DNA from: Paraspadella gotoi
Taxonomy: Eukaryota; Animalia; Chaetognatha
Assembly: GCA_051294375.1 (NCBI GenBank)
Contig: JBJCIZ010000239.1
Span: 3,886,402 to 3,950,401 of the forward strand
Direction: 5' to 3'
DNA length: 64,000 nt
Position 1 is the stretch's first letter. The number at the start of each line of letters is the position of its first letter. Positions 1 to 12,908 of this stretch are shown here, piece by piece. The translations under genes and the position numbers were made by a program. The notes below the pieces were generated by a model. It worked only from the letters and a program-made list of their open reading frames with translations, did no database searches and was not told the DNA's origin.

Positions 1-1322
1 GTCAACAGCCACAACGGTGGCTTTCCAATGAGAAGAAATGAAGACATAAATAAAGACATACCCCTTGGTCAAGAGATGGCAAGGTGAGATGACGTCAGAG
101 GTCGAACTTTAGAAAATGTTGGTAAATGTCAAAAAATGGGAGATCGGGAAATTAGGGGTGGATAATGGATCAAAGTGAAAGAAAGAGTTTGAAAAGATAA
201 TGTCTAACATACCCTGTTCAAAGTCAGGGACATAATTGCTTTTTTTTTTTGGAACGAATGGATAATTTTTAATATGGTTGTACCCATTTAAAAGCAAGGG
301 AAGCCAGGTATACTGGGAGTTAAAAAGCTAAACTTGAGTGAGTCTTTATTCCAGGGTCTTGTGACGTTATTTACTTGCTATAAAATGACAGTAACGGTAA
401 AAAAAAAAGATTTAAAGTTGAGGAGTGACTGATTTCCCACGAAGATGAACTTTGCCTATAATCATTTTCTGCTATTGACTGGAGAGAAATGTTCGTCTCG
501 AATCTCGACCCTAAAAAAATGCCCTTTCAAACAGGCTCTGAAAGAAATGTCAAATATCGATGTATTATCGATTATCACCTATGCAGTGGATTGTATTTTT
601 AGCAGTAGCTACCAGTAAATATGCTACACTCATTTTGTTTTCCCATAGACAGAGTGGTGGGCTGACGTATAAACTATCAGAGAGAATAATTTAATTACAA
701 ATGGAATGAGAGATGATTCGATTGACAAGCAGATGGACTGTTAGATTAATTGAATGATAGACAGACAGTGAGCAATGAACTGATTGACTGTCAAACAGAT
801 CAATGTAATATCAAACAGATCTATAGTGGGGCATTAAAGGACATTTACTCTGCCTATACACTTTAATTATTCAGTTGTGTCCCAGTAACTCAAGAACATA
901 AGTCAAAACTAAAAGGTACTAGAATCATTTTAAGAAAGAAAGTGTAAAGATGGCCGTAAACCCCTTTGAGACATGGTAAACCCTCAAGCCTGTTTTCAAG
1001 CCCAGGAAAAGTATAATGTAATGACAGATAGACAGTCAGAACAACGTATTGTCACATGGACTGTCAAAAAAACTATCAAAAAACTGTCATAAAATTTATC
1101 TTCATCATTTTCTATTATATTTATTGTATAGTAACCTTTTGCTTTCTTCAGTTTGCAGAGATCAAAGTAAAAATGTCAAAAGTTCTAAAATTGTTGTGTA
1201 ATGGCAGTTGGTTTTAAAAACTTGCAATTGAAATATTTTTAATAGATTAAATAGCATTCTTGAAATAAATTGTTTACAACCAAGTTTTGTCAAATGGCCT
1301 GGTTTGTTTTCTTGTTTTAACT

Positions 1323-3644
1323 CTACAAATACAGCAGCAAGATTAATGAAGGCAAAATAAAGAATACTAAACATGACATATTTGAAAAGTCTGTGATATT
1401 TTTATGAATCCACAATTTGTAATTAAAACTTTTATAAAGGAATTCATAGTCTGTACGAGTATATAAGTTTAACTCGGAACAAAATTTGAAGGAATGAACA
1501 AAATTATGTGGTACTGTCGAACAACACTCGAAAAAAAAGCTAAGTTCCTCAAAAATTTTTTCAATATATTGAGAAGTATCCAAAGTGACCCAAAGAGCGC
1601 TTTTCTGTTGTTTTGACTTTGTTATTTCTTTTCCGTAATATTTCAATGATACATAAACGGTCGTGTAGAAAAGAAAGAAAAGTAAAATGAAAAGAAACTT
1701 TTTAAAAATGTTTCTTTTTCGTCCTTTGATTTCGATAGAAAATATTAAAGCGAAAAAGGGAAAGAATGAAAGAGAAAAGAAAAAGAAAAAGTTTTCATTG
1801 AGAACGAAGAAAGAGTAAAAGGCGAACCAAGTATTCACCAAAGTGAACGAGGCGATTTGGCCTTGATAAGAGCCATTGGGGTAACAAGCACTAAAAATGT
1901 CCTTGTATTTGTCCACATTGACGTTAAGAATCGAAGAAAACACAATAAATGGGAGAAATAAAGAAAAAACTGTTGACAAAATGATCGAAATGCGACGAAT
2001 GATTTTCATTTTGTTACAAGAAAAAATCTTTTTCATCGCCAATAGAGTTAGAAATAGAATGGCCAACGGGAAAAAATTAGCGGCTAACAAAAATTTAGCC
2101 CTAGAATTTACTTTTGGGTCCAAAAGGTTTCGCGGTTTTGTTTCAACGTTTGAGCTCACAAAATTGATAACCATAAAAACTTCGAAAAATAAAAGTGACT
2201 CAAAGGGTAAAAGAAAATTTAGCATATTTCTCCTGAGAGCTAATAATATAAATTTATCAATTAGACAAAAAATCATTTCGATTGAAACTAAGAAGAAAAT
2301 TAATTTTTTTCGTAAAATGAATAAGATGCTATTGCCGAGATATAATACTATAACATTGTAGAATGTGCGTTTATTTGTCAAAGTGTTTGGTTTCAAAAGG
2401 AAATTGTAATGGTTAGTTAAGGTATTTATTAATTCAATTTCAATTTTTTGTTGCTTATTGTTAGCAATAGACACGCTTAATAATTTCCGTTCATTATCTT
2501 CCCAATAATGCTGCACGATTAATCCTACATGAGAGCGCCAATGATTATTTGCGTCAGTAGCAAACCAATACCTATAATTAACAGTTAAGTAACGATGAAT
2601 TAGTTGATGTACTCTAAAATTTAGACCCAGAGAAATGAGAAAAAAATTTAAAAAAATGACTATCATTCTTTGAGCGGAATCATCCGTTACTTTGTGAATT
2701 GTTGGATTTTGAGAAAAGTGTATATTTTGTTTCATAGATTTAACGAAAAAGGCGAGTTCCGATAGAGTGAAGACGCGGACTAATAAAAATGGCGCAAAAA
2801 TAATGAAAAAGAACGAATATTGTATCGTGAATGAATAAATGAAATAAAGACCCAAACCAAACCCAATGCTACTTTGGAGACTTCCCGAAATGACGCTCGC
2901 TATTTTAAGAAATCGATTTTTCCGAGAAATCAAAATCTTTGAAATGCGAACTTTGACAACGATTCCAACCAAAGATGTTGATGACATGACTGCGGAAAAA
3001 ATTGTATCATAATCACGAATTTTCCAGCTACAAACAAAATTTTGATTATAAGTTCTTCCTAGCTCGCAAAAACAACTAGAGTTAGTTGGTATAAGAATCA
3101 ATTTATTGTAGTTGTACACAGTTCCCGATATTGAGGTTTTAAAAAGACCGACCACGTCTATGATCGAATTTTCATCGAGCAGACATAACTCATCCGTAAT
3201 GAAGATCATTCGTAGAAAACTCGATGCCGTTTGCAGAAGCAATTGCAAAAAAGATTCCAGAAAGGCGTGAATCAAACTCAAATTGAAAATGTGATTTTCT
3301 TTGAACCACAAAACGGCGGAATTAGGATAATCTTTCGTCCAATAATAATCTAGGGACATGGGGAGCGCAGCCAATCCCAGAGCGTGACAAAGTATCGTCA
3401 GGGATTTTCGCGACCTCGTTTCCAAAAGAAACTGATAATGTTGTCGGTGCCTGATTATGATCGCCAATCCGTAGATCATAGAAACTAGGCAATGATTAAT
3501 GAACACGGCCATGAGTAAAAATCCCAGAACTTTAATCTCTTGCTTGTTCGACTGGAGATGAAATGCGATGGCCTTCAAATCGGTTAGAGAGTCCACAATT
3601 TCCAGAATAGTCGTCGCTAAAAGTCCCAGAAATTTCACAGACAT
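1323..3644 (-). CDS. Intronless multi-pass membrane protein, XK-related (Xkr scramblase-like) N-terminal half with additional C-terminal TM segments
   Basis: 773-aa uninterrupted ORF in AT-rich DNA with many hydrophobic stretches. TM1 ...EIVDSLTDL resembles the XK-family DxxxD motif, and LIHAFLESFLQLLLQ resembles the family signature (E)AFLESAPQLxLQ. Assignment from remembered motifs only. Confidence 0.7.
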   Translation of the reverse strand: MSVKFLGLLATTILEIVDSLTDLKAIAFHLQSNKQEIKVLGFLLMAVFINHCLVSMIYGLAIIIRHRQHYQFLLETRSRKSLTILCHALGLAALPMSLDYYWTKDYPNSAVLWFKENHIFNLSLIHAFLESFLQLLLQTASSFLRMIFITDELCLLDENSIIDVVGLFKTSISGTVYNYNKLILIPTNSSCFCELGRTYNQNFVCSWKIRDYDTIFSAVMSSTSLVGIVVKVRISKILISRKNRFLKIASVISGSLQSSIGFGLGLYFIYSFTIQYSFFFIIFAPFLLVRVFTLSELAFFVKSMKQNIHFSQNPTIHKVTDDSAQRMIVIFLNFFLISLGLNFRVHQLIHRYLTVNYRYWFATDANNHWRSHVGLIVQHYWEDNERKLLSVSIANNKQQKIEIELINTLTNHYNFLLKPNTLTNKRTFYNVIVLYLGNSILFILRKKLIFFLVSIEMIFCLIDKFILLALRRNMLNFLLPFESLLFFEVFMVINFVSSNVETKPRNLLDPKVNSRAKFLLAANFFPLAILFLTLLAMKKIFSCNKMKIIRRISIILSTVFSLFLPFIVFSSILNVNVDKYKDIFSACYPNGSYQGQIASFTLVNTWFAFYSFFVLNENFFFFFSLSFFPFFALIFSIEIKGRKRNIFKKFLFILLFFLFYTTVYVSLKYYGKEITKSKQQKSALWVTLDTSQYIEKIFEELSFFFECCSTVPHNFVHSFKFCSELNLYTRTDYEFLYKSFNYKLWIHKNITDFSNMSCLVFFILPSLILLLYL

Positions 3645-4332
3645 TATTTTCCGCTGTTCATAAATGTGGTAGCAATAATGTGAATGATTGAAAAGTAGAA
3701 AATAGCCGGTCTGGAGGCAAGATAGCTTGTTTATTGATTGATTGTACCAAAAACAGCAGTCAAGAAAGCTTGTTTATTAGGGTGAAGTGAAAGGTTGGAA
3801 TCAAAATTTAGCAGTTATATCTTGAAAACTATCGTATTAGTTAATACTAATCTGTTTTTTTTGTTTTTTTTTACAAATATAGTAGCACAGTCAGCTTATT
3901 TTGTAGATAGTACTATCCTTATATAATGTCAAAATTTCAAAAATTTTTTTTTAATTATGAAAACAGATTCAGATTTCTCGTTAAAAGTTGATGAATGAAA
4001 ATATAATCTATGTATAAAATTAAAAAAAAATATACAAAAGTATTTTTATTGGTTTTTATGTTCATGTTTTATACGCTAAAGTTTATCATTTTCCAACATC
4101 ACTGCTATTGTTATGTATTGATCGTAACAAGTTCAGGAGTCAAGATAGCTCTTTGACCGAATTGTTGGATAAATTTCATGAGAAAAATAGGATGGAAACA
4201 GAATGAGTGTTGTCTTTTGAATGAGATGTAATGAAGACACGTATCCTTTGTCGACTAAAAAGGGCAAAGTTGAAATGCAGTGGATCGTTTCAGAAGAGGA
4301 CGGTAAATTATATCAACGACGGAAGGAGGCTT

Positions 4333-4395
4333 ACTTCCTTCATTGATATCATAACTTCCTTCATTGATATCATAACTTCCTTCATTGATATCACA
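4333..4395. repeat. 21-bp minisatellite x3 (ACTTCCTTCATTGATATCATA)
   Basis: Three near-identical head-to-tail copies read directly. Confidence 0.9.
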
Positions 4396-4722
4396 ACTCA
4401 TTACCAAACTCGATAAGGCACGTGCAGAACTATGTCGCATGACCCAGTGTTAAAAATAAAATAATAATAATAGCCAAGATTTACCAAATATCAATTTTTT
4501 TTTTTCAAAATGAAAACTGATGTTTTGAAAAAAAATATACAGTCGAATTTATTAAATTTAGCATTCACTCACCAGTCAATGTAATATTATAATCGTTTTT
4601 TATTCTTTTTTAGACCACTCCCTCAAGTAAAAAGATCCATGCAAGTTTGATTGAATTCTTATTTTTTTTCAACCACTGCGGCAGATAGGATGAACTTTGC
4701 TTCCAAAGCGATTTAACAAATC

Positions 4723-4925
4723 GGCCCCGTTTATTTTCCACAAAGAACCCCATTTTATCTTTCTTTAATTCTAGAATTAAATTAAAGTTTAGAATTAAAG
4801 GTTATGTTATGGATTAGGTTAGTAAATTATAGTTTAAGGAACTTGGTTTGTGATTAGGGTTTGGAGGACTTTATTTAAGGGTTAAAGATTATGGTGTAGA
4901 CAATTAAAGAATACTGGGTTTAGTG
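4723..4925 (+). mobile_element. MITE with degenerate TTAGGG-like core (partial, cut by gap)
   Basis: Begins GGCCCCGTTTATTTTCC...CCCATTTTATC like other copies, followed by GGTTAG/TTAAGG-rich core. Confidence 0.55.
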
Positions 4926-5358
4926 NNNNNNNNNNNNNNNNNNNNNNNNNNNNNNNNNNNNNNNNNNNNNNNNNNNNNNNNNNNNNNNNNNNNNNNNNNN
5001 NNNNNNNNNNNNNNNNNNNNNNNNNNNNNNNNNNNNNNNNNNNNNNNNNNNNNNNNNNNNNNNNNNNNNNNNNNNNNNNNNNNNNNNNNNNNNNNNNNNN
5101 NNNNNNNNNNNNNNNNNNNNNNNNNNNNNNNNNNNNNNNNNNNNNNNNNNNNNNNNNNNNNNNNNNNNNNNNNNNNNNNNNNNNNNNNNNNNNNNNNNNN
5201 NNNNNNNNNNNNNNNNNNNNNNNNNNNNNNNNNNNNNNNNNNNNNNNNNNNNNNNNNNNNNNNNNNNNNNNNNNNNNNNNNNNNNNNNNNNNNNNNNNNN
5301 NNNNNNNNNNNNNNNNNNNNNNNNNNNNNNNNNNNNNNNNNNNNNNNNNNNNNNNNNN

Positions 5359-6695
5359 CTCTTCTTCCTCCTCCTCTTAAAATCGACCGTAAAAGGACGA
5401 ACAAAGTTTTTTTTCCTTCCAGATTTTTTTTTAAAGAATGATTAAATTTTAAATGGAAAACATAAACAAATTCTCTCTTTCTCTCTCACTCTCTCTCTCT
5501 GCTCGTCCTCTCTCTCTGTCTTACTCTCTCTCTCATATTCTCTCTCTCTTACTCTCCCTACCCTCTCTCATTTACCCCACCCCCTTCTTCCTCTACTGCT
5601 TTTCTTTTCTCTCCCCTCTCTCTCTCTCTTCTCTCTCGTCTCTCTCTCCTGCTCCTCTCTCTCCCCCTCCCACTCTTCTCTCCTACTCCCACTCCATCCC
5701 TTCTCTCTTCTCTCTAATGTTCTTTCTCACCTTTTTTAAATTTTCCTTCCACCGAGATTCTCCAAGATTCTTATCAATTTTGGTCGGGATCTGTGTGTCT
5801 GTGTGTGCTTTTGTGTGTGTAATTGTCAGTGTGTGATGTTGCCTGTGTAATAGAGTGGAGCACTCAAGAACAAAAAAATTATTTGAATAATCGAATAAGG
5901 ATATTTAGATGTGAGATAGTATGATTAACTAGTACAAAAAATATTTTGTTTATAATATCTCGGGAACAGAATAGTAAAATATAATATATTTGTAGTAATA
6001 TTCTTATAAAATAGTAAATTTTAAAAATAATTTTCTTAAAATTTTTATTAAAGCTTCAGATTCTTCATAAAAAGTAGAATCAAAAATATAAATTCTGTCA
6101 TCTTCAGTGTTTAAAATGGGAAAAAAGGTAAATATTTATGACTTTTTTATTCTATTTTTATTATTTTATAAAAGTTCCTTAGTTTTTTATGGCGAATCTA
6201 AATCTGTTCTTAAAAATAAAAATAAAAATCATTTTGAAATTTATCGATTTTATAAGGATATTACTACACAAATAATTGAATTTACTATACTGTTGTGCTA
6301 AAAAAAAAATTTAAAAAGGATTTAAAATTTATTAATTACATGTCAATAGGCAGCAAAAAAAATAATGTTCAATCACTCACTCCACCCTAATGTGTAATTG
6401 TGGGAAAGATAGGGGAAGAGAGTTTGATGGAAAGAATACAACTTGAGACATCCTAGTGATTATCAAAATAATTGTTATCAAAATCATAATCTTCGTTATT
6501 ATCATCATTATCTAAACGTCTTTATTGTTTACATTTTTCATTATCGTCATCATCGTCATCTTAATTATCAACATAATTATCATCATAATTATTATCGTCA
6601 TCCTCATCGTCATCATTATCATCATTATCATCATTATTATCATCGTCTATGTCACCATAATTTTTACAGAAATTCCGGATTCTCGAAGATAGAGC

Positions 6696-6730
<35 letters not shown>

Positions 6731-6736
6731 CAGAGA

Positions 6737-6787
<51 letters not shown>

Positions 6788-8881
6788 TGGGGGGGGTATC
6801 GCCACTTTTCATTATAAAAGGCGGACATTCTTGCGTTGATTCATCGGGGAAAAATTTTTTTTTAACTTATCGGGGGACGTAAAAATGTTAAGTGATTTCC
6901 TTAAATGTATGTAATATTTTTTTATTAGGTTAAGTCGCAGAGCTCTAAATGAATTCCTATTTTGGCTGTCTGTCCATCCGGTCTGTCTGTCCGTCTATCC
7001 GTCCCACNNNNNNNNNNNNNNNNNNNNNNNNNCCCTTCTTTTCCTCCTCCTCTTCCCCTCCCTATGTATCTTCTCTCCTCTTCCTTCTCCTCTCTCTACC
7101 TCCCCTTTTTCTTTCCTCCCTCCTCTTCTTCTCCTCTATTCCTCCTCTTTACTTCCTCTTCTTATCTCCTCTCTTATTTCCTCCTCCTTTTCCTTGTTTC
7201 TTCCTTCTTCTCCTTTTCCTCTTCTTCCTTCCTCCTTCTTTAAAAGCTCGACCGTAAAAAGGCACGAGACAAAGTTTTTTTCTTCCAGTTTTTTTTTTAA
7301 AGATATGATTAAATTTTAATTGGGAAAACATAAACAAATTCTCTCTTTCTCTCTCATCTCCTTCTGCTCGTCTCTCTCCTGTCTTACTCTCTCTCTCATA
7401 CTTCTCTCTCTCTTACTCTCCCTACCCTCTCTCTTACCCCACCCCCTTCTTCCTCTACTGCTTTTCTTTTCTCTCCCCTCTCTCTCTCTCTCTCTCTCGT
7501 CTCTCTCTCTGCTCCTCTCTCTCCCTCCCACTCTTCTCTCCTACTCCCACTCCATCCCTCTCTCTCTCTCTAATGTTCTTTTCTCACCTTTTTTAAAATT
7601 TTCCTTCCACCGAGATTCTCCAAGCATTCTTATCAATTTTTGGTCGGCGATCTTGTGGTCGTCTGTGTGTGCTTTTGTGTGTGTAATGTCAGTGTTGTGA
7701 TGTTGCCTGTGTAATAGAGTGGAGCACTCCAAAGAACAAAAATATTATTTGAATAATCGATCAAGGATATGTTAAGATGTGAGATAGTATGATTTAACTA
7801 GTACAAAAAATATTTTGTTGTATAATATCGTGCGTGAGACGGAACAGAATAGTAAAAACTATAATTATATTGTGTAGTAATATTCTTATAAAAATATAAA
7901 TTTTAAAAATAATTTTCTTAAAATTTTTATTAAAGCTTCAGATTCTTCATAAAAAGCTAGAATCCAAAAATATAAATTCTGTCAATCTTCAGTGTTTAAA
8001 ATGGGACAAAAAAGGTAACATATTTATGACTTTTTTATTCTTTTTTATTATATTTATAAAAGTTCGCTTAGTTTTTTATGGCGAATGCTAAATCTGTTCT
8101 TAAAAATAAAAATAAAAATTATTTGAAATTTATCGATTTTATAATGGATATTACTACACAAATAATTGAATTTACTATACTTGTTTGCTAAAAAAAATTT
8201 AAAAGGATTTAAAATTTATTAATTACATGTCATAGGCAGCAAAAAAAAATAATGTTTCAATCACTCACTCCACCCCTAATGTGTAATTGTGGGAAAGATA
8301 GGGGAAGAGAGTTTGATGGAAAGAATACAACTTGAGACATCCTGAGTGATTATCAAATAAAATTGTTATCAAATCATAATCTTCGTATTTAATCATCATT
8401 ATCTAAACGTCTTTATTGTTTACATTTTTCATTATCGCTGTCATCATCGTCATCAATTATACACTTATCATCATTACTCTATCATCATTATTATCAATCG
8501 TCTCATGTCACCATAATTTTTACAGAAATTTCGCGGATTCTCGAAGATAGAGACGAGAGAGAGAGAGATGAGAGAGAGAGAGGAGATGAGATGAGAGAGC
8601 AGATGACGAGAGAGACGAGGAGAGAGAGAGGATGAGAGACGAGAGAGAGATGGAGCGGGGGTATCGCACTTTTCATTAATAAAAGTGCGACATTCTTCGT
8701 TGATTCATTCGGCGTAGAAAAATTTTTTTTAACTTTTATCGACCGGGGGCCGTAAAAATGCTTAAGTGACTTTCCTTAAATGTATGTAATATTTTTTTAT
8801 TGGTTAAGTCCGCAGAGCTCTAAATGAATTCCGTATTTGGCTGTCTGTCCATCGGTCTGTCTGTCCGTCTATCCGTCCCAC
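5359..8881. repeat. Direct duplication (about 5359-7007 and about 7225-8881) across a 25-N gap; probable assembly overlap
   Basis: Same ~1.65 kb sequence twice, differing mainly by 1-bp indels, separated by N at 7008-7032. Confidence 0.85.
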
Positions 8882-8945
8882 TTAAAATGGTCGCCAACTT
8901 ATTTTATATGCTATTATCGACATAGACCTAACCTTAATTTCGGCG
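8795..8945 (+). mobile_element. Short HINE-like (non-autonomous Helentron-type) element; 5' part duplicated at about 6922-7007
   Basis: T-run, then GGTTAAGTC..., GTCT/GTCC microsatellite, and near-complementary GACCTAACC near the 3' end. Confidence 0.4.
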
Positions 8946-10544
8946 GGCTAACAGTAACTAGATAATAGCGGAGCTACCTCCAGATTCCTTATCCTCATTC
9001 AGAGAGAGAGAGCAGATAGAGAGAGAGAGCAGAGAGAGAGAGAGAGAGAGAGAGCAGAGAGCAGAGAGAGAGAGAGAGAGAATAGACGATGAGAGAGACC
9101 GATGGAATGACAAGACAGACGAGCTGTCAGACAGATCGAATGGAATGAGCCAGACAGCGACTGTCAGACCGATCATATGGGAGATGACAGACGTATGGGA
9201 TGATGCATCGATGGACCCGCACGGACGAATCTCGAGAGGATTCGGCACGACGCCGGGCAAAAAAAATTACCAATTAATGCCTCTAGTTTGTTTGCTTTTT
9301 TTCTAACAAAATGCTTAACTCTTTCATGCTTCCTTTCTCTTTCTTAAAAAAAGAACTGTATTTAAAAAACTTTTTTTTTTTCCTTGATTTTTTTATTTTA
9401 ATAAGCTAAAAATCGGAATTGCTTACGCCATGTTTTACTTTAATTTGTTTTTCCCGTGTTTTTCGACTTTAAATCATGAGAAGCGAAACGACTATATTAT
9501 TTACTTTAATTAAGCTTGAACATTAAGACTTATTATTATTACTTTTCATAGATTCGTATTACTGTTATCGTCGTTTAAAAATAAAATGTTCATTGGATTT
9601 GTGTGAATTCATAATATTAGGGCTACCTTCTAAATGGCGAATAAAAAAAAGTATAGGCTGAAAAAATAAAAAGCTGCGCTTGCTAATTATCCCACCAAAA
9701 AACAAGCCTCATATTTTGCAATACATTTGTATTATTTAAAGATCTATCTGTTCTGTGTTTATTTATTTATTAATGGAATGTTGATTATTCGTGCGAAGAA
9801 AATACAATCGAACGCACAAGTAGAAATTTTGGAGGCACAAATTATTTTGAAAGGCGAAAAAAAATTTCTCTATTTGCAATTCTCTCTCTCTCTCTCTCTC
9901 GTCTCTTTTCCGCGTCTCGTCTCTCTCCTAACTCTCTCTCTCTCCTTCCCTCCCCAGTCCACCGTCTCTTCCATTCCTCTCTCCTCCTCTCTCGCTCTGC
10001 TCCTCTCCTCCTCTCTCTCTAGCTCTCGTCTCTCTCTCTCTTTCGTCATTCTCCTTCTGTCTTCTCCCCCTCATCTTGCATTGGTTGGTTTCGATAGGTT
10101 GACTAAATTTAGGGGCTTAGAACGTCGAGAAGATTTTAACGCTCTCATTCCTAATCTCTTTTTAAACCTTTACGGTTTCCAAGAGGGACAGGAGAGAGCA
10201 AAGAGGAGAGTAAGGAGAGGCAGAGAGATGAAGAGAGAGAAGAGATGAGAGCAGAGGAGTGAGAGTAGAGGAGGAGAGCAGAGAGAGACGGAGAGACTGA
10301 GATGAGAATGAGAGAGAGAGAGAGAGAGAGAGAGATTACGATCCGAATAACGTTCCCATTGTAAAAACTTTATTCAAACTCATTCAGATTTTACCGATTT
10401 AATAGAAATTCGTTTTAATTCAGGGGATGAATTAATTTCTCAATCCCTCAGAAAAAAAAAACAAACTCTGAATTAAATCTTTAGCTATCTTTATTTCCTA
10501 CTTGTTTTTAATTATAATTATCAATTATATCTATTACTAAATCC

Positions 10545-10815
10545 GTAGTCGGGCATTGCCTAAGTTCACCCGGCCTATAAGCCGGACAACTTCAGTCCCG
10601 ACCCGGTGGCTCATGAGTAATACCTTCGCCTCATGACCACAAGGTACCAGTTTTAATCCGAAGTCGTTACATACCCTGCGGGAAGCGTGGCGACGGCCTT
10701 AAACCGCCTTGGGGGGGCGTGGAAAACCTTCAACCCTGGATCCAAACCCAGGAATGGTTTTTTTTGGCTGCGAGAGGCGGTTAAAAAACCAATAACCATA
10801 CTGCTGATCTCGACG
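10545..10815 (+). mobile_element. Truncated, diverged relative of the TG...CA TIR element that forms intron 1 of the VWC gene
   Basis: GTAGTCGGGCATTGCC-TAAGTTCACCCGGCCTATAAGC matches that element's TIR. Internal blocks CTTCAGTC..ACCCGGTxGCTC and GGAAGCGTG..GGCC.TAAA..TGGAAAACC are shared. No right TIR seen. Confidence 0.65.
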
Positions 10816-11035
10816 TGATCTTTCGTTAAAAAAAAAATTATCAATTTCTCAATCACCGAGTCTTTTCATTTTTTATAAATCACTTTGCAGTAACTACATA
10901 ATGACGACGACGACGACAACAACAATCAGGGATCGAGATTCGATCGCCCGCCCCCCCCTCCCCCCCCAAAAAATAGAAAAAAATAGCATCACTCCTCTAG
11001 ATAATTGTTCTTTAAATCAATCGATTTATATAAAG

Positions 11036-11119
11036 TTTTAGTCGGATCTGCTTATCATCAGATTCCGACTCTATTATTCATTTTGTCGGTCCGTCGGTCC
11101 ACCCCAAAATCTTGTCGGT

Positions 11120-11151
<32 letters not shown>

Positions 11152-11585
11152 GTTCGTCCGTCCGTCCATCCGTTCGTCCGTCCGTCCATCCGTCCGTCTG
11201 TCCCCTCTTAGCATTGAACTCCAATTACTCGTGATTGGATGGATATATTGGAATGAAATTTTGTGATTGAGCTGGATATAAAGTTTCGATAATCGTGGAG
11301 TGGAAATGAGTTTAAATTGATTTTTATTGACGTCGCATTTTTACTTATATTTACTCATAATAATTATATTTATTAAAATTGGATTGATCAAATTGAAAAG
11401 AATTTTGTGAAAGTATGTGATTAGGCTGGATATAAATTTTTGATGGAATCGTAGGAAAGGAAAAGAGTGGAAAATAGAAAATAGAAAACCAAAAGAAACA
11501 TGATATCATGATTTATTATCGGATTAGCTTATTGCCGCTCAATTATCGTAGGCAGATCCGACATTGTTTGCTCAAACTTGTTTTA
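11036..11585 (+). mobile_element. Complete HINE (Helentron-associated, DINE-1-like) element
   Basis: 5' T-run plus GTCGGATCTGC with adjacent partial inverted copy, GTCC microsatellite, 3' GCAGATCCGAC (11552-11562), short hairpin GTTTG-CT-CAAAC and terminal TTGTTTT: the canonical HINE layout. Confidence 0.75.
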
Positions 11586-11811
11586 GTGCACTTTGACTTT
11601 TAATATATTGTATGTTTATGGTTTATAGTTTATGTATTTTCTTCATAGTTTTCTCCATATTTTATATATTACTATTTCAAATAAGAATGCAAATTATTTC
11701 AATTTCAACAGTTTTATCTTTCACGGCAAAATTTGTATTTAACATGCAAACAAATATCCCCTATTAGCGGACACGATCTACTTAGTGAGATATCACGAAT
11801 CAATAGGTATC

Positions 11812-12160
11812 GGCTCTCTATTCCGAAAGCGTCCCATTTCAGTTTTGATTCAGAATTAAAGTCGTTTTTAAATTTAAAGATTATCCTAATGGTTATAGAT
11901 AAAGATTAAATTAATAAGTAGTTTAGGGAATAGGGTTAGGGTGCGTTGATTATGGATTAATGTTTAAGGTTAAAATTAAGAATTAAGGATTAGAATTAAG
12001 GGTTGGGGTTAGTGATGAAGATTATTGATTAAATGAAGCATTTGGAAAAAGAGAAGTAGATGATAAAATTTAGTAAAAAAATTTATTTAACCAATAAGGT
12101 TAAAATTAAGTTTAGGAATCAAAGGAACAGAAACGGGGAGCTTTTGAAAAATAGTGCCCC
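11812..12160 (+). mobile_element. MITE with degenerate TTAGGG-like core
   Basis: Imperfect ~30-bp TIRs (GGCTCTCTATTCCGAAAGCGTCCCATTTC / GAAACGGGGAGCTTTTGAAAAATAGTGCCCC) around a GGGTTAGGG/TTAAGG core. Confidence 0.65.
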
Positions 12161-12872
12161 CTTTTTTTAACCAGGTGTGGCCGCCGAAAAGCCGAATGTT
12201 TTTTTGCAATTTTTAACAATTTACGGATTCAAAACCGGAAAAAAATTAACTCGTTGGAGGGGGGGAAGTTTAAACGTATCATATTTTTCTATCATTTCAA
12301 CGAATTGAATCTTTTGAACAAAAACACACACACTCGCTCGCACTTAAATAATTACTAACTTATTCTTATTTTTTTACATTTTGTATTTTTTGTTACATTT
12401 TCATTTTTTTTGGTATTTTGTGTTTTATTATTTTTTTTCATTCTCTCTGATCTCTCTCTCTTCTCTCTCTCTCTCTCTCTCTTGTTCTCTCACTCTCGTT
12501 CTCTTCTCTCCTCTCTCTCTTTCTCTGCTATCTCGTGTCCAAATTTATCGCATTTATGAATGAGTCGGTACTAATTTTTTTCAAATTTACGGACATATTA
12601 GTAATCTTCAGGGTGAGAGCGGAGGGAGGTGTCGGCGTCCCAGCTCCTTTATATTTTCAAATCGTAATGGGGAAGGGGATGAAGAGGGGTAGGGAAGATT
12701 GAGAGAACGCGGAAGTGTAGGAGAATATAATTCAGTAAATAAATAAATGGAATGAATAAATAAACGAAAAAAAATAGTATACTAAGGGTATATAAAATTT
12801 TGTTAGCCGGAAGCCAGGGATTTTTTAAAAGAGAGAGAGAGAGATGAGAGAGGAGAGAGAGAGAGAGAGAGT

Positions 12873-12908
<36 letters not shown>

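Noticed and set aside
1897-2361. 154-aa plus-strand ORF
   Set aside because: Antisense shadow of the hydrophobic 773-aa ORF; no independent coding signal.
4904-5441. ORFs spanning N runs (also 34961-38921)
   Set aside because: Open only because of assembly gaps; real exons within them are listed separately.
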